Origin: Porticoccus sp.
Lineage (GTDB): Bacteria; Pseudomonadota; Gammaproteobacteria; Pseudomonadales; Porticoccaceae
Length of the DNA: 64,000 nucleotides
Direction of reading: 5' to 3'
NCBI GenBank assembly: GCA_041581635.1
Contig: JBFICW010000007.1
Coordinates: 4,765 to 68,764 of the forward strand
How positions within the stretch are numbered: position 1 is the first letter of the stretch; every line of letters starts with the position of its first letter. The position numbers and the translations under genes were made by a program. The notes below the pieces were generated by a model that had not been told where the DNA came from, made no database searches, and saw only the letters and a list, made by a program, of their open reading frames with translations. This document shows positions 52,605 through 61,164 of the stretch, in pieces.

Positions 52605-53081
52605 CTATTTCAGCTCTTGATATTGGCCACCGTGAAAAATTAGTGGCGACATGGGGGTCGACCTGAAGTCCAAAACCCGGCCAACCAGAATAGTGTGGTC
52701 TCCAGCTGGATAGCGGTGTTCCATTTCACACTGAAACACACTTGCACAATCATCCAGTAATGGCACGCCATTAATGCCGGGGCACCAGGAAAGTTGATCA
52801 AATTTATTTTCTTCGGGACCCGCAAATAGCTGTGATACGGCTTGCTGGCCACTGTGTAGAATATTTACCGCAAAATGGTTGGTCTTTCCAAATAGCTCAA
52901 ATAATCTGGACTCTTTTCCAACACACCAGGATATCAATGGTGGTTCCAATGACACGGAAGAGAAGCTATTGGCCGTCATTCCTCTGGGTTCGCCATTCTC
53001 ATCGATGGTGGTAACTACAGTAATGCCTGTAGCAAAGTTGCCCATAGCATTGCGCAGAGCACGAACTTCAACATTGGTCAT
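52605..53081 (-). CDS. Flavin reductase (HpaC/RutF-like)
   Basis: FATGITVVT, TANSFSSVSLEPPL, GDHTILVG, PLIFHGG. Confidence 0.9.
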   Translation of the reverse strand: MTNVEVRALRNAMGNFATGITVVTTIDENGEPRGMTANSFSSVSLEPPLISWCVGKESRLFELFGKTNHFAVNILHSGQQAVSQLFAGPEENKFDQLSWCPGINGVPLLDDCASVFQCEMEHRYPAGDHTILVGRVLDFRSTPMSPLIFHGGQYQELK

Positions 53082-53198
53082 TATTTTATCTCAAGGACAT
53101 TGTTAACGGGTTTCTTCTACAGTATATCTTAAGGGGTTATCCAAGGCTTTTTGCCGGGTGCGCTAGGGTAACCCAATCGCCACTGAGATAAAAACAGC

Positions 53199-53768
53199 TT
53201 ATTCTTCAAAGCTGGTCGTGTCATAGCGCCATGCCTTCAGGTTATCTGACCAGAAATCATCAGCTAGCCCTGCTTTTCGTTTTAGCTGTTTCAGAAAGCT
53301 GGCCTTGTCAGGTATAGCGCTCCATACTGTCGGTAAAAAGGTTGCTCGATGAGAGCCTTTTTCAATAATCAGCCCGTCTCTCTCTGGTACCAACTGTTCT
53401 ATCAGCTCTGTTTCAGAATTGAATGACATAGGGGTTGGCTCTGTGAGTACTGATATTTCAATCTGCAGCTCCGCTTCTTCGTCTCGATTGACTGCCGGGA
53501 AGCGTGGGTCTTCGAAGGCTGAGGCCGCTGCGTGATGAACCACGTTGGTTACCAATGGCCGCGATGCCTCTAGGGTACCTACGCAACCTCTGAGAGTTCC
53601 TTTTTTTCTGAGTGTTACAAAGCAGGCTGCCAGTTGTTGTAGCGCTGGGCTAAAGGTGGTTTCATCGATATGTAAATCACGATCAAATAGAAGCCTGACC
53701 TGAATGCTTTCTCGTGCCAGCGAAAGAAGTTTCTGTTGGTCGTCATCCGATAATTCAATAAATGGCAT
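53199..53768 (-). CDS. amrA: AmmeMemoRadiSam system protein A (AMMECR1 domain)
   Basis: CFVTL...LRGCVG, AFEDPRF, EISVLT, ATFLPTVW, LKRKAGL; start ATG 53768 overlaps the amrB end. Confidence 0.92.
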   Translation of the reverse strand: MPFIELSDDDQQKLLSLARESIQVRLLFDRDLHIDETTFSPALQQLAACFVTLRKKGTLRGCVGTLEASRPLVTNVVHHAAASAFEDPRFPAVNRDEEAELQIEISVLTEPTPMSFNSETELIEQLVPERDGLIIEKGSHRATFLPTVWSAIPDKASFLKQLKRKAGLADDFWSDNLKAWRYDTTSFEE

Positions 53769-54534
53769 AGGCACCGTATCCCACCACGCGATCCTTGTCA
53801 CCAGCGGTATCTCCAGAGTTTCGTAAGTCGAGAGTTCTAACGGTCATCCGTTCATTTTTTGCCAGTTTGAGTAAACCGTTTACGGCGTTACAGCCACAAG
53901 CTTGGGTGCCCACGAGACGGCTATCGTACTGCTCAATCATCGTTGTCGTCTCGCGGTCTAAACGTTGAGCTTCCCTGTAGGGGTGATAATGGCTGAGATC
54001 CGAGCTGACAACAACCAGAGTTTCATCGCCTCCCCAGACGCAACGTAGCACTTCCGCTACTAATTCGGCGCTGGCGTTTCCCACGACCAAGGGCAATAAC
54101 TGAAACCGGTCTATTGCTCGTTGCAGAAATGGGAGCTGCACTTCCAGGCTGTGCTCGAATTGGTGAGCGTCATCACTTACGTCGATCAGCGACAGTTTTA
54201 ATAATGCATCGATGCCACTTTGATCAATGGGGATATCGCCTAGGGGAGTAGAAAAAAAAGTAGCGGATGAGGTAGATAGCCCGGCTAGGGGGACATGGTG
54301 AGAGGGGCCTAACAGAATGACCCGCGACAGTTGGTGTGTGATAGGTTTTAGCAGCCGGTATGCCGTGGCGGCAATGGCGCCTGAGTAAATATATCCCGCG
54401 TGGGGCACAATTAATGCCTTGGGTATGATGTGTTGTTGTCTTCCTCCCAGCAGAAAATCATCTACTTGCTCCTTAAGAACTTGTGGGTTCTCTGGATAAA
54501 ACATACCTGCAACGGCGGGTTCCCTTCTTAGCAT
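53755..54534 (-). CDS. amrB: AmmeMemoRadiSam system protein B (MEMO1 family)
   Basis: REPAVAGMFYP, VPHAGYIYSG, GPSH, EHSLEVQLPF, SSDLSHY, VVGY. Confidence 0.93.
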   Translation of the reverse strand: MLRREPAVAGMFYPENPQVLKEQVDDFLLGGRQQHIIPKALIVPHAGYIYSGAIAATAYRLLKPITHQLSRVILLGPSHHVPLAGLSTSSATFFSTPLGDIPIDQSGIDALLKLSLIDVSDDAHQFEHSLEVQLPFLQRAIDRFQLLPLVVGNASAELVAEVLRCVWGGDETLVVVSSDLSHYHPYREAQRLDRETTTMIEQYDSRLVGTQACGCNAVNGLLKLAKNERMTVRTLDLRNSGDTAGDKDRVVGYGAYAIY

Positions 54535-54625
54535 TTGAATTCCAATCATGTACCTGTGGTCTATAACTATATAGTGCTTTTAGCGTTGATTTAAAAGCAG
54601 GTTCAACGACTTTCGGGAGGTGTTT

Positions 54626-55711
54626 ATGAGCGAGTTGCCCCCAGTGGTGCACCCCACTAAGTATTGGCATTTACTGGATGATGGTCGGCTCCAGTGTGAT
54701 GTTTGTCCTCGTGAGTGCAAGTTACACGAGGGACAGAGAGGACTGTGCTATGTGAGGGGGCGGGAGGGTGATGAGGTTGTGCTCTATAGCTATGGGCGCT
54801 CCAGTGGGTTTTGTGTCGATCCCATTGAAAAAAAACCACTCAATCACTTCTTTCCTGGTTCTTCGGTACTGTCCTTTGGTACGGCAGGCTGCAACTTAGC
54901 CTGTAAGTTTTGTCAAAACTGGGATATGAGCAAATCCCGTGAAATGGACACCTTGGCCGATACCGCAATGCCGTTGCGATTGGTTGAGACGGCGGTTGAG
55001 TTAGGGTGTCGCAGCATCGCCTTTACTTATAATGACCCGGTTATTTTTTTGGAGTATGCGGTGGATGTAGCAAAAGCCTGTCGGGAGTTGGGGGTTAAAA
55101 GTGTGGCCGTGAGTGCGGGCTATATAAATGAAGAGCCACGACGTGAGTTTTTTCAATACATAGATGCGGCAAATATTGACCTAAAGGCGTTCACGGAGTC
55201 CTTTTATCATAAGATTTGTGGTGGCCACCTACAAAATATTTTGGAAACGCTGCAATACATCGTGCACGAAACGGACGTGTGGTTGGAGCTGACCACCCTG
55301 ATTATTCCTGGTGAAAATGATTCGGATGCCGAGCTGAATGAAATGACCGCCTGGGTGGTGGAAAATTTGGGGGCAGATGTGCCCATGCACTTCTCGGCCT
55401 TTCACCCCGATTGGAAAATGCAGGACACCCCGGCTACGCCACCAGAGACGCTGAATAGAGCACGGCAAATTGCTATGCGGAATGGTGTGCATTATGCCTA
55501 CACAGGCAATGTGCACGATCGCTCTGGTGGCAGCACTTATTGTCCTGATTGTCGAGAGCTTATCATTGAGCGAGACTGGTATGAGCTGGGGTTTTGGGGG
55601 TTGGATGAGCACGGTCGCTGCCATACCTGTGGTGCCAAGATCGCGGGAGTGTTTGATGCGACACCGGGTCACTGGGGTTCAAGGCGAGTGCCCGTCAAGT
55701 TGCTGCGATAA
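54626..55711 (+). CDS. amrS: AmmeMemoRadiSam system radical SAM enzyme
   Basis: CNLACKFC, N-terminal CDVCPREC...GLC, DPIEKKPLNHF, C-terminal CPDC/CHTC; RBS GGAGG; divergent from amrB. Confidence 0.93.
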   Translation: MSELPPVVHPTKYWHLLDDGRLQCDVCPRECKLHEGQRGLCYVRGREGDEVVLYSYGRSSGFCVDPIEKKPLNHFFPGSSVLSFGTAGCNLACKFCQNWDMSKSREMDTLADTAMPLRLVETAVELGCRSIAFTYNDPVIFLEYAVDVAKACRELGVKSVAVSAGYINEEPRREFFQYIDAANIDLKAFTESFYHKICGGHLQNILETLQYIVHETDVWLELTTLIIPGENDSDAELNEMTAWVVENLGADVPMHFSAFHPDWKMQDTPATPPETLNRARQIAMRNGVHYAYTGNVHDRSGGSTYCPDCRELIIERDWYELGFWGLDEHGRCHTCGAKIAGVFDATPGHWGSRRVPVKLLR

Positions 55712-55840
55712 AAGAGATTAAAACTTTTCTAGAAAAAACAGTCTAAAAGACAATCGTTGACCGAACCGTCAGGTGAAAACCGGGTATCGATAATACAGCT
55801 GTCTCTCCCATCTAGTTGCTAACAAATAATGAGGAATAAT

Positions 55841-56515
55841 ATGGATACCTCCGTGAATGGTATTTCTGGGTTTTATCGCCAAACGCGTCAACAAATGCTT
55901 GGCTTACTCAGTTGTTTTGATGGTATAGCGCCACTGCTATTAAGAATTTTTTTGGCGCCTATTTTTATTAAGGCCGGATATGGCAAATTACAACTGGGTG
56001 CAAATGAACTGGGATTCTTTGAGCGACTAACCGCAGACCCAAATGTTGTAGCCTGGTTTGGAAACTCGGATTGGGGTCTCGGTTTGCCGATGCCTGAAGT
56101 ATTGGCCCTAATGGCGGGCTGGACAGAATTTTTGGGTGGGTGGCTTTTGTTGTTTGGTTTACTCACCCGGCTTATCAGTATTCCTTTGATGTTGACCATG
56201 GTGATTGCAGCTACAACGGCGCACTGGAATAACGGTTGGCATGCACTGCCTGAAGCAAAACTCGCGGTGCCCTGGGAATGGCGGGCCGATCTGATTGACG
56301 AGGCTTTAGAGCGTAAAAGCCAGGCTATATCGATTCTGGAAGAACACGGCAATTTGTCTTATCTGACGGAAGTTGGTTCGATTACTGTATTGAAAAATGG
56401 AATCGAGTTCGCCGCCACCTATTTTATTATGTTGCTCAGCCTGTTATTTACGGGTGGCGGGCGTTTCACCAGTGTGGATTATTGGTTAGTCCGGTCACTA
56501 AAAACCAATGAGTGA
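55841..56515 (+). CDS. Long DoxX-family membrane protein (HvfX-like)
   Basis: APLLLRIFLAP, WFGNSDWGLGLP, TRLISIPL, EHGN..LTE.G...NGIEF, GGGRFTSVD. Confidence 0.8.
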   Translation: MDTSVNGISGFYRQTRQQMLGLLSCFDGIAPLLLRIFLAPIFIKAGYGKLQLGANELGFFERLTADPNVVAWFGNSDWGLGLPMPEVLALMAGWTEFLGGWLLLFGLLTRLISIPLMLTMVIAATTAHWNNGWHALPEAKLAVPWEWRADLIDEALERKSQAISILEEHGNLSYLTEVGSITVLKNGIEFAATYFIMLLSLLFTGGGRFTSVDYWLVRSLKTNE

Positions 56516-56672
56516 CGAGCTTGTCAGGCGACTTTTAACGGTATTCCTTTTTGTTTATTCTGTCTAATGCGCATCCTGTTGTCGACAGGTCCGCGGTTTT
56601 ATTATCCCGTGCTATAATCCCGGGCCTTTCTAGTCCATGGTTCCAAGCGGGCCATCTTGCATCGGCAACATT

Positions 56673-57986
56673 ATGAGTGAACAGAACAACCCTAGTACCA
56701 GTCAAAGCCCCAAGGATCAGCAGAAAACCCAGCCTCGCCGTCGTGGCCGCAGGCGTCGTAGTGGGGGTGCGAAACCAACAACTGAAACCTGGGATTTGTC
56801 TCAGTTCGAAGTGGCTCCAGAAACCGGAAAGTCCCGCTTCCATGACTTGGGTTTACCCTTGTCGCTTATGCATGCCATTGCCGACCAGGGGTTTAAGTAT
56901 TGTTCGCCGATACAGGCGCGCTCTCTGCCATACACGTTGCGTGCTCACGATGTAGTGGGTAAGGCCCAGACAGGCACGGGTAAAACGGCAGCTTTTCTCG
57001 TGACGATCATTACGGAATTGCTAACTAACCCGGTAGATGATGATCGTTTTGCTGGAGAAACCCGCGCTTTGATTATTGCGCCAACCCGTGAACTGGTTAT
57101 GCAGATTGCGGACGATGCCAAAGCATTTTGTAAATACACTGATTTAAACGTACATACGTTGGTTGGGGGGATGGATTACGATAAACAAAAGCGCCATCTT
57201 CAAGAGAACCTTTGCGATATTTTGGTCGCTACGCCAGGGCGGTTGCTGGATTTTGCCGGCAGTCGTGACGTCTTCCTGGATCGCACCGAAATCCTAGTGC
57301 TTGATGAGGCAGATCGCATGTTGGACATGGGCTTTATTCCTCAGGTTCGCCGTATTGTTCGTTTGACCCCGCACAGGGAAAATCGCCAGACATTATTCTT
57401 CTCTGCGACGTTTACGCCAGAAGTGATGAGTTTGGCTGAACAGTGGACCATTGACCCTGTCAGTGTGGAAATTGAGCCAGAAAATGTTGCCACAGATACC
57501 GTCACTCAAAAAGTGTATATCACGTCTGGCAACGAAAAATTCCAACTGCTCTACAACATTATTAGTCAGGACGATGTGGAGAGTGTGATCGTTTTTGCTA
57601 ATCGCCGCGATCAATGTCGACGACTTCAGGAAAAACTCAGGGGCAAGGGTTTTAGCGTTGGGCTACTTTCTGGCGATGTTCCTCAAGGTAAGCGCGTTAG
57701 AACTCTGGAAGATTTTAAGTCTGGTAAGTTGAAAGTGTTGGTAGCGACTGATGTTGCAGGTCGAGGCATTCATATCGATGGTATTAGCCATGTGATTAAT
57801 TATACATTGCCTGAAGAGTCAGAAGATTATGTGCACCGTATTGGCCGTACAGGGCGCGCTGGGAAAAGCGGCACCTCGATTAGCTTTGCTTGTGAGGACG
57901 ACGCCTTTTTACTGGAGCCTATTCAGAAATTACTGGGTAAAAAGCTCAATTGTGAACAGCCTGATGCATCCTTGTTTAAGCTTTAA
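56673..57986 (+). CDS. rhlB: DEAD-box RNA helicase, RhlB-like
   Basis: [38 protein letters not shown]; start ATG 56673; extended -10 TGCTATAAT upstream. Confidence 0.82.
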   Translation: MSEQNNPSTSQSPKDQQKTQPRRRGRRRRSGGAKPTTETWDLSQFEVAPETGKSRFHDLGLPLSLMHAIADQGFKYCSPIQARSLPYTLRAHDVVGKAQTGTGKTAAFLVTIITELLTNPVDDDRFAGETRALIIAPTRELVMQIADDAKAFCKYTDLNVHTLVGGMDYDKQKRHLQENLCDILVATPGRLLDFAGSRDVFLDRTEILVLDEADRMLDMGFIPQVRRIVRLTPHRENRQTLFFSATFTPEVMSLAEQWTIDPVSVEIEPENVATDTVTQKVYITSGNEKFQLLYNIISQDDVESVIVFANRRDQCRRLQEKLRGKGFSVGLLSGDVPQGKRVRTLEDFKSGKLKVLVATDVAGRGIHIDGISHVINYTLPEESEDYVHRIGRTGRAGKSGTSISFACEDDAFLLEPIQKLLGKKLNCEQPDASLFKL

Positions 57987-58058
57987 GGAAGTTGCATTAA
58001 ATAAAAACGACACCTTAAGACGGTTTAAATAATAGTGGTATACGTTGTGTCGGGGCCG

Positions 58059-58820
58059 CTATTCAGACTTTTTCTCTTCAGTATCCATCCGCTGAAGCCA
58101 GAATGACGTTGCTCCAATCACCGAAGCTGGCATAGCAAACAGATTTAAAATTGGAATGGTGGTGGCAAGCAAAATGCTGCCACCAAAACTTAATGCAGCC
58201 AAACGCCTTTTGCTTAGTTGTTTTCGTAACTCAATAAACTCAACCCGGTTGTTGTCTGCAGGATAGTCCAGATATTGAAGTGCTAGAGACCAGGCCCCCC
58301 AGAAAAAGGCCAGGGTGGGTCCTAGTAAATTTAGGACGGGAATAAAAGACAGTATCAGGGTCAACAATAATACGCCGATAATTCTTGGCAAAAAATACCC
58401 TAGTTTGATGAACTCCCGTTTCACAGAATGTCCCGCTAGAGACAGTGCTTGTTTTGTTGTCATCGGCGACGTGTGGCAGCTGTTTGTCAGTACCGCTTCC
58501 ACTCGTTCGGCGAGCGGCCCGTAGAATGGCGAAGCGAGAATATTGCCTAGAATGGCAAAACTGTAGCCATAGACCAATAATAAAAAACCACCAAACAGAA
58601 TCCAAAAGAGCCAGGCAATAAAACCCAGCCACTCGGGAATTCTATCGGTCATCCCGTTTAATAAGCCGCTAAATTGTTCAATGGCAATCCAGGTAAGCAG
58701 GATAAACAGCAAAACATTGATCAGCATCGGCCCCAACACAAACCAGCGTATTTGAGGGTGGTTGAGTAATCGCAACCCCTGAAATAAATATCCGGGGCCA
58801 CTTTGAAGAGGCTTTGCCAT
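58059..58820 (-). CDS. cysZ: Sulfate transporter CysZ (EI24 domain)
   Basis: GPGYLFQGL, ILASPFYGPLAERVE, YLDYPADN. Confidence 0.88.
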   Translation of the reverse strand: MAKPLQSGPGYLFQGLRLLNHPQIRWFVLGPMLINVLLFILLTWIAIEQFSGLLNGMTDRIPEWLGFIAWLFWILFGGFLLLVYGYSFAILGNILASPFYGPLAERVEAVLTNSCHTSPMTTKQALSLAGHSVKREFIKLGYFLPRIIGVLLLTLILSFIPVLNLLGPTLAFFWGAWSLALQYLDYPADNNRVEFIELRKQLSKRRLAALSFGGSILLATTIPILNLFAMPASVIGATSFWLQRMDTEEKKSE

Positions 58821-58928
58821 TGATTATCCTTTATTCGTAGTGGGCGTCTGCCCTTAATATCATGCTATTGTAAGATTGCGTGTCTGGAATCAACAAATAG
58901 GGAATTACCTCTTTAGCGGAGAATAAGA

Positions 58929-59675
58929 ATGAAAACGTTGTTTAAGATTTTAGCTGGTTTGGTTGTAGTGCTGTTGATTGTACTCGTTGTCGGTGTTCTT
59001 AACCTCGACAAGGGTATCAAGGCGGTGGTTGAAACTGTCGGACCGGAGTTGACCAAATCAAGTGTGACACTGAGGGATGTAGATCTTTCTCTTACATCGG
59101 GTGAGGGTAGTTTAAAAGGGCTGGTTGTCGGGAATCCCGCTGGCTTTAAAACGGCTAACGCATTTTCGTTAGGTGAAATTTCCCTGGCAATCGATCCCGA
59201 GTCTCTGACGACAGATACTATTGTGATTAACCGTATTCTGATCATAGCGCCAGAAATTACATATGAGTCTCTGAAGGGGGGCACTAATCTGGATCAGCTG
59301 CAGAAGAATGTTGAACAGGCTATTGGTTCAAGCAGTGAAAGCTCCGCCTCAGAAGGGGATGGTGAGGAGGCTGCCGCTAAGAAATTGATTATTAGAGACC
59401 TTAGTATTTCCGGCGGAAAAATCAGCTACAGCAATGCCCTGTTGGGCAGTAAGCCTATTAGCTTGCCTCTGCCACCGATTCATATGACCGGTATCGGTGA
59501 AAAATCGGGTGGTGCCACTGCCGGAGAAGTCGTTAATCAAGTGCTGGCCTCTATTAACAAGGGCGCAGCGGGTGCCGTGACTAATTCCGGGGCATTAAAG
59601 GATGCTGGTGAGCAAGTCAAACAGCAAGTCGAAGAGAAACTCGGTGGTTTAAAGGGGCTGTTAAAAAGGGATTGA
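58929..59675 (+). CDS. AsmA/DUF748-like exported protein
   Basis: N-terminal anchor; VGNPAGF...AFSLGEI; NLDQLQKN; LPPIHMTGIGEKSGGAT. Confidence 0.65.
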   Translation: MKTLFKILAGLVVVLLIVLVVGVLNLDKGIKAVVETVGPELTKSSVTLRDVDLSLTSGEGSLKGLVVGNPAGFKTANAFSLGEISLAIDPESLTTDTIVINRILIIAPEITYESLKGGTNLDQLQKNVEQAIGSSSESSASEGDGEEAAAKKLIIRDLSISGGKISYSNALLGSKPISLPLPPIHMTGIGEKSGGATAGEVVNQVLASINKGAAGAVTNSGALKDAGEQVKQQVEEKLGGLKGLLKRD

Positions 59676-59954
59676 GGTGCTACAACTTGATCTCGTTTGA
59701 AACTCTTTTTGACGTATAGTTTCCATGACTCAATAAATAGATTGCCTGGCCTCTTGTCGGGCAATCTACTTTTCTCCCGGGGTGTTATACGATTTACCCG
59801 TTCATAATGTCTCTGTCCACCGTCTCATTCTAATGTTGGCGTGTGATTTTTTGCTAACGACCTCTTGCTGCTGTTGTCCATAGTAAACACGCTATAGTGA
59901 AAAAGGTTTATTTCGGCTGGAGAGTGGGCTGAACTGAAAAGCGGGGCTAGATAC

Positions 59955-60929
59955 ATGAACCGTGTGAAACAGCATGTGGCGATGTGGCAATTATCACACC
60001 CTGTGTGGCTCATTACGTTGTTGCTAGTGTTCTTTTGTCCCTTGACATCCAGTACCCCTGTGGAACGAAATGGTTTTGTTATCGACCGGCCTTTAATTCC
60101 CCTCAACGAAATCTATAGTGGCGGTCCTCCCAGAGATGGAATCCCTTCTTTGGATCACCCCAAGTTTATCGCGGCTTCCGAGGCTGATTTCCTCTCTCCC
60201 GATGACAAGCTGTTGGGAATAAACTATAACGGGGTAACAAAAGCTTACCCCATTGCTATTTTGGACTACCACGAGTTGGTCAATGACACATTCGGTGATC
60301 AGCCGGTAGCTGTCAGTTATTGTCCATTATGTGGAACGGGGATGGTGTTTAATCCTAAAGTGCAAGGCATGCATTTGGTGTTTGGCGTTTCCGGCCTTCT
60401 TTATAATAATGATTTACTGATGTATGACCGCAATACCGATTCCCTTTGGTCGCAAATAGAAGGGAGGGCGATTAGCGGCTCGTTGAAAGGTGTACGCCTT
60501 GAAATGCTTCCGGTTGAACACACCACCTGGCGAGTATGGCGTGAGAGAAACCCCGATACCTTGGTTTTATCCCATAACACCGGGTTTAGTCGTCATTATG
60601 GTTCAAGTCCTTACCCGTTTTATGGTGAGAGTCGAAGGATTATATTTCCACTGTCTAATTACGATAAACGTTATCACCCAAAAGAAGTGGTTATAGGTAT
60701 TCAAATTGGGGATAAAACCAAAGCGTATCCCTTCGTTGAGTTGGCGCGAGGTCAAAGCCCGATGGTTGATACCTTTAATGGGCAAGAACTGAATATTGAA
60801 TACAGTACAGAAAATCACAGTGCGAGAATTATGGATAAAAAGGGTAATCTGCTTACCTCGGTAACCGCCTTTTGGTTCGCCTGGATGTCTTTTCACCCAG
60901 ATAGTGACGTCTATATGTTTGAAAAATAG
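59955..60929 (+). CDS. DUF3179-family protein
   Basis: GGPPRDGIPSLDHP, YCPLCG, GVSGLLY, MYDRNTDSLWSQ, FWFAW. Confidence 0.85.
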   Translation: MNRVKQHVAMWQLSHPVWLITLLLVFFCPLTSSTPVERNGFVIDRPLIPLNEIYSGGPPRDGIPSLDHPKFIAASEADFLSPDDKLLGINYNGVTKAYPIAILDYHELVNDTFGDQPVAVSYCPLCGTGMVFNPKVQGMHLVFGVSGLLYNNDLLMYDRNTDSLWSQIEGRAISGSLKGVRLEMLPVEHTTWRVWRERNPDTLVLSHNTGFSRHYGSSPYPFYGESRRIIFPLSNYDKRYHPKEVVIGIQIGDKTKAYPFVELARGQSPMVDTFNGQELNIEYSTENHSARIMDKKGNLLTSVTAFWFAWMSFHPDSDVYMFEK

Positions 60930-60984
60930 GGTCGGGATCTGGGGTGATGGCTATGTATAACTCTGGGTGAGGATTGTTGCTCAA

Positions 60985-61013
60985 TGGACTTGCTTTGTTG
61001 CCCCTGTTATAGT
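60985..61013 (+). promoter_or_regulatory. Candidate promoter of rhlE
   Basis: TGGACT-17 nt-TATAGT with extended -10 TG. Confidence 0.45.
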
Positions 61014-61164
61014 GGCGACCTTCGTGGTGCCCATCGGTCGGTGCCCTTATGTCCTAAGTAGCGTTTTTGATCTTTTCCAGACACCCTATTTAATTTATTT
61101 CCAGCCTTAGACCGTCGTTGTGCCTAGTGCATAGAGTAGGCTGGTTTCGGAGTTCTATTTTTAT

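Noticed and set aside
53084-53193. Call as a SAM-I or FMN riboswitch
   Set aside because: Core conserved nucleotides are not present; kept only as an unclassified candidate structure
54626-56515. Radical SAM plus DoxX read as a RiPP biosynthetic cluster
   Set aside because: No precursor peptide ORF and no SPASM/RRE signature recognised; the enzyme fits the AmmeMemoRadiSam family
60316-60336. Selenocysteine recoding in the DUF3179 gene
   Set aside because: Both Cys are TGT and the ORF has no in-frame TGA
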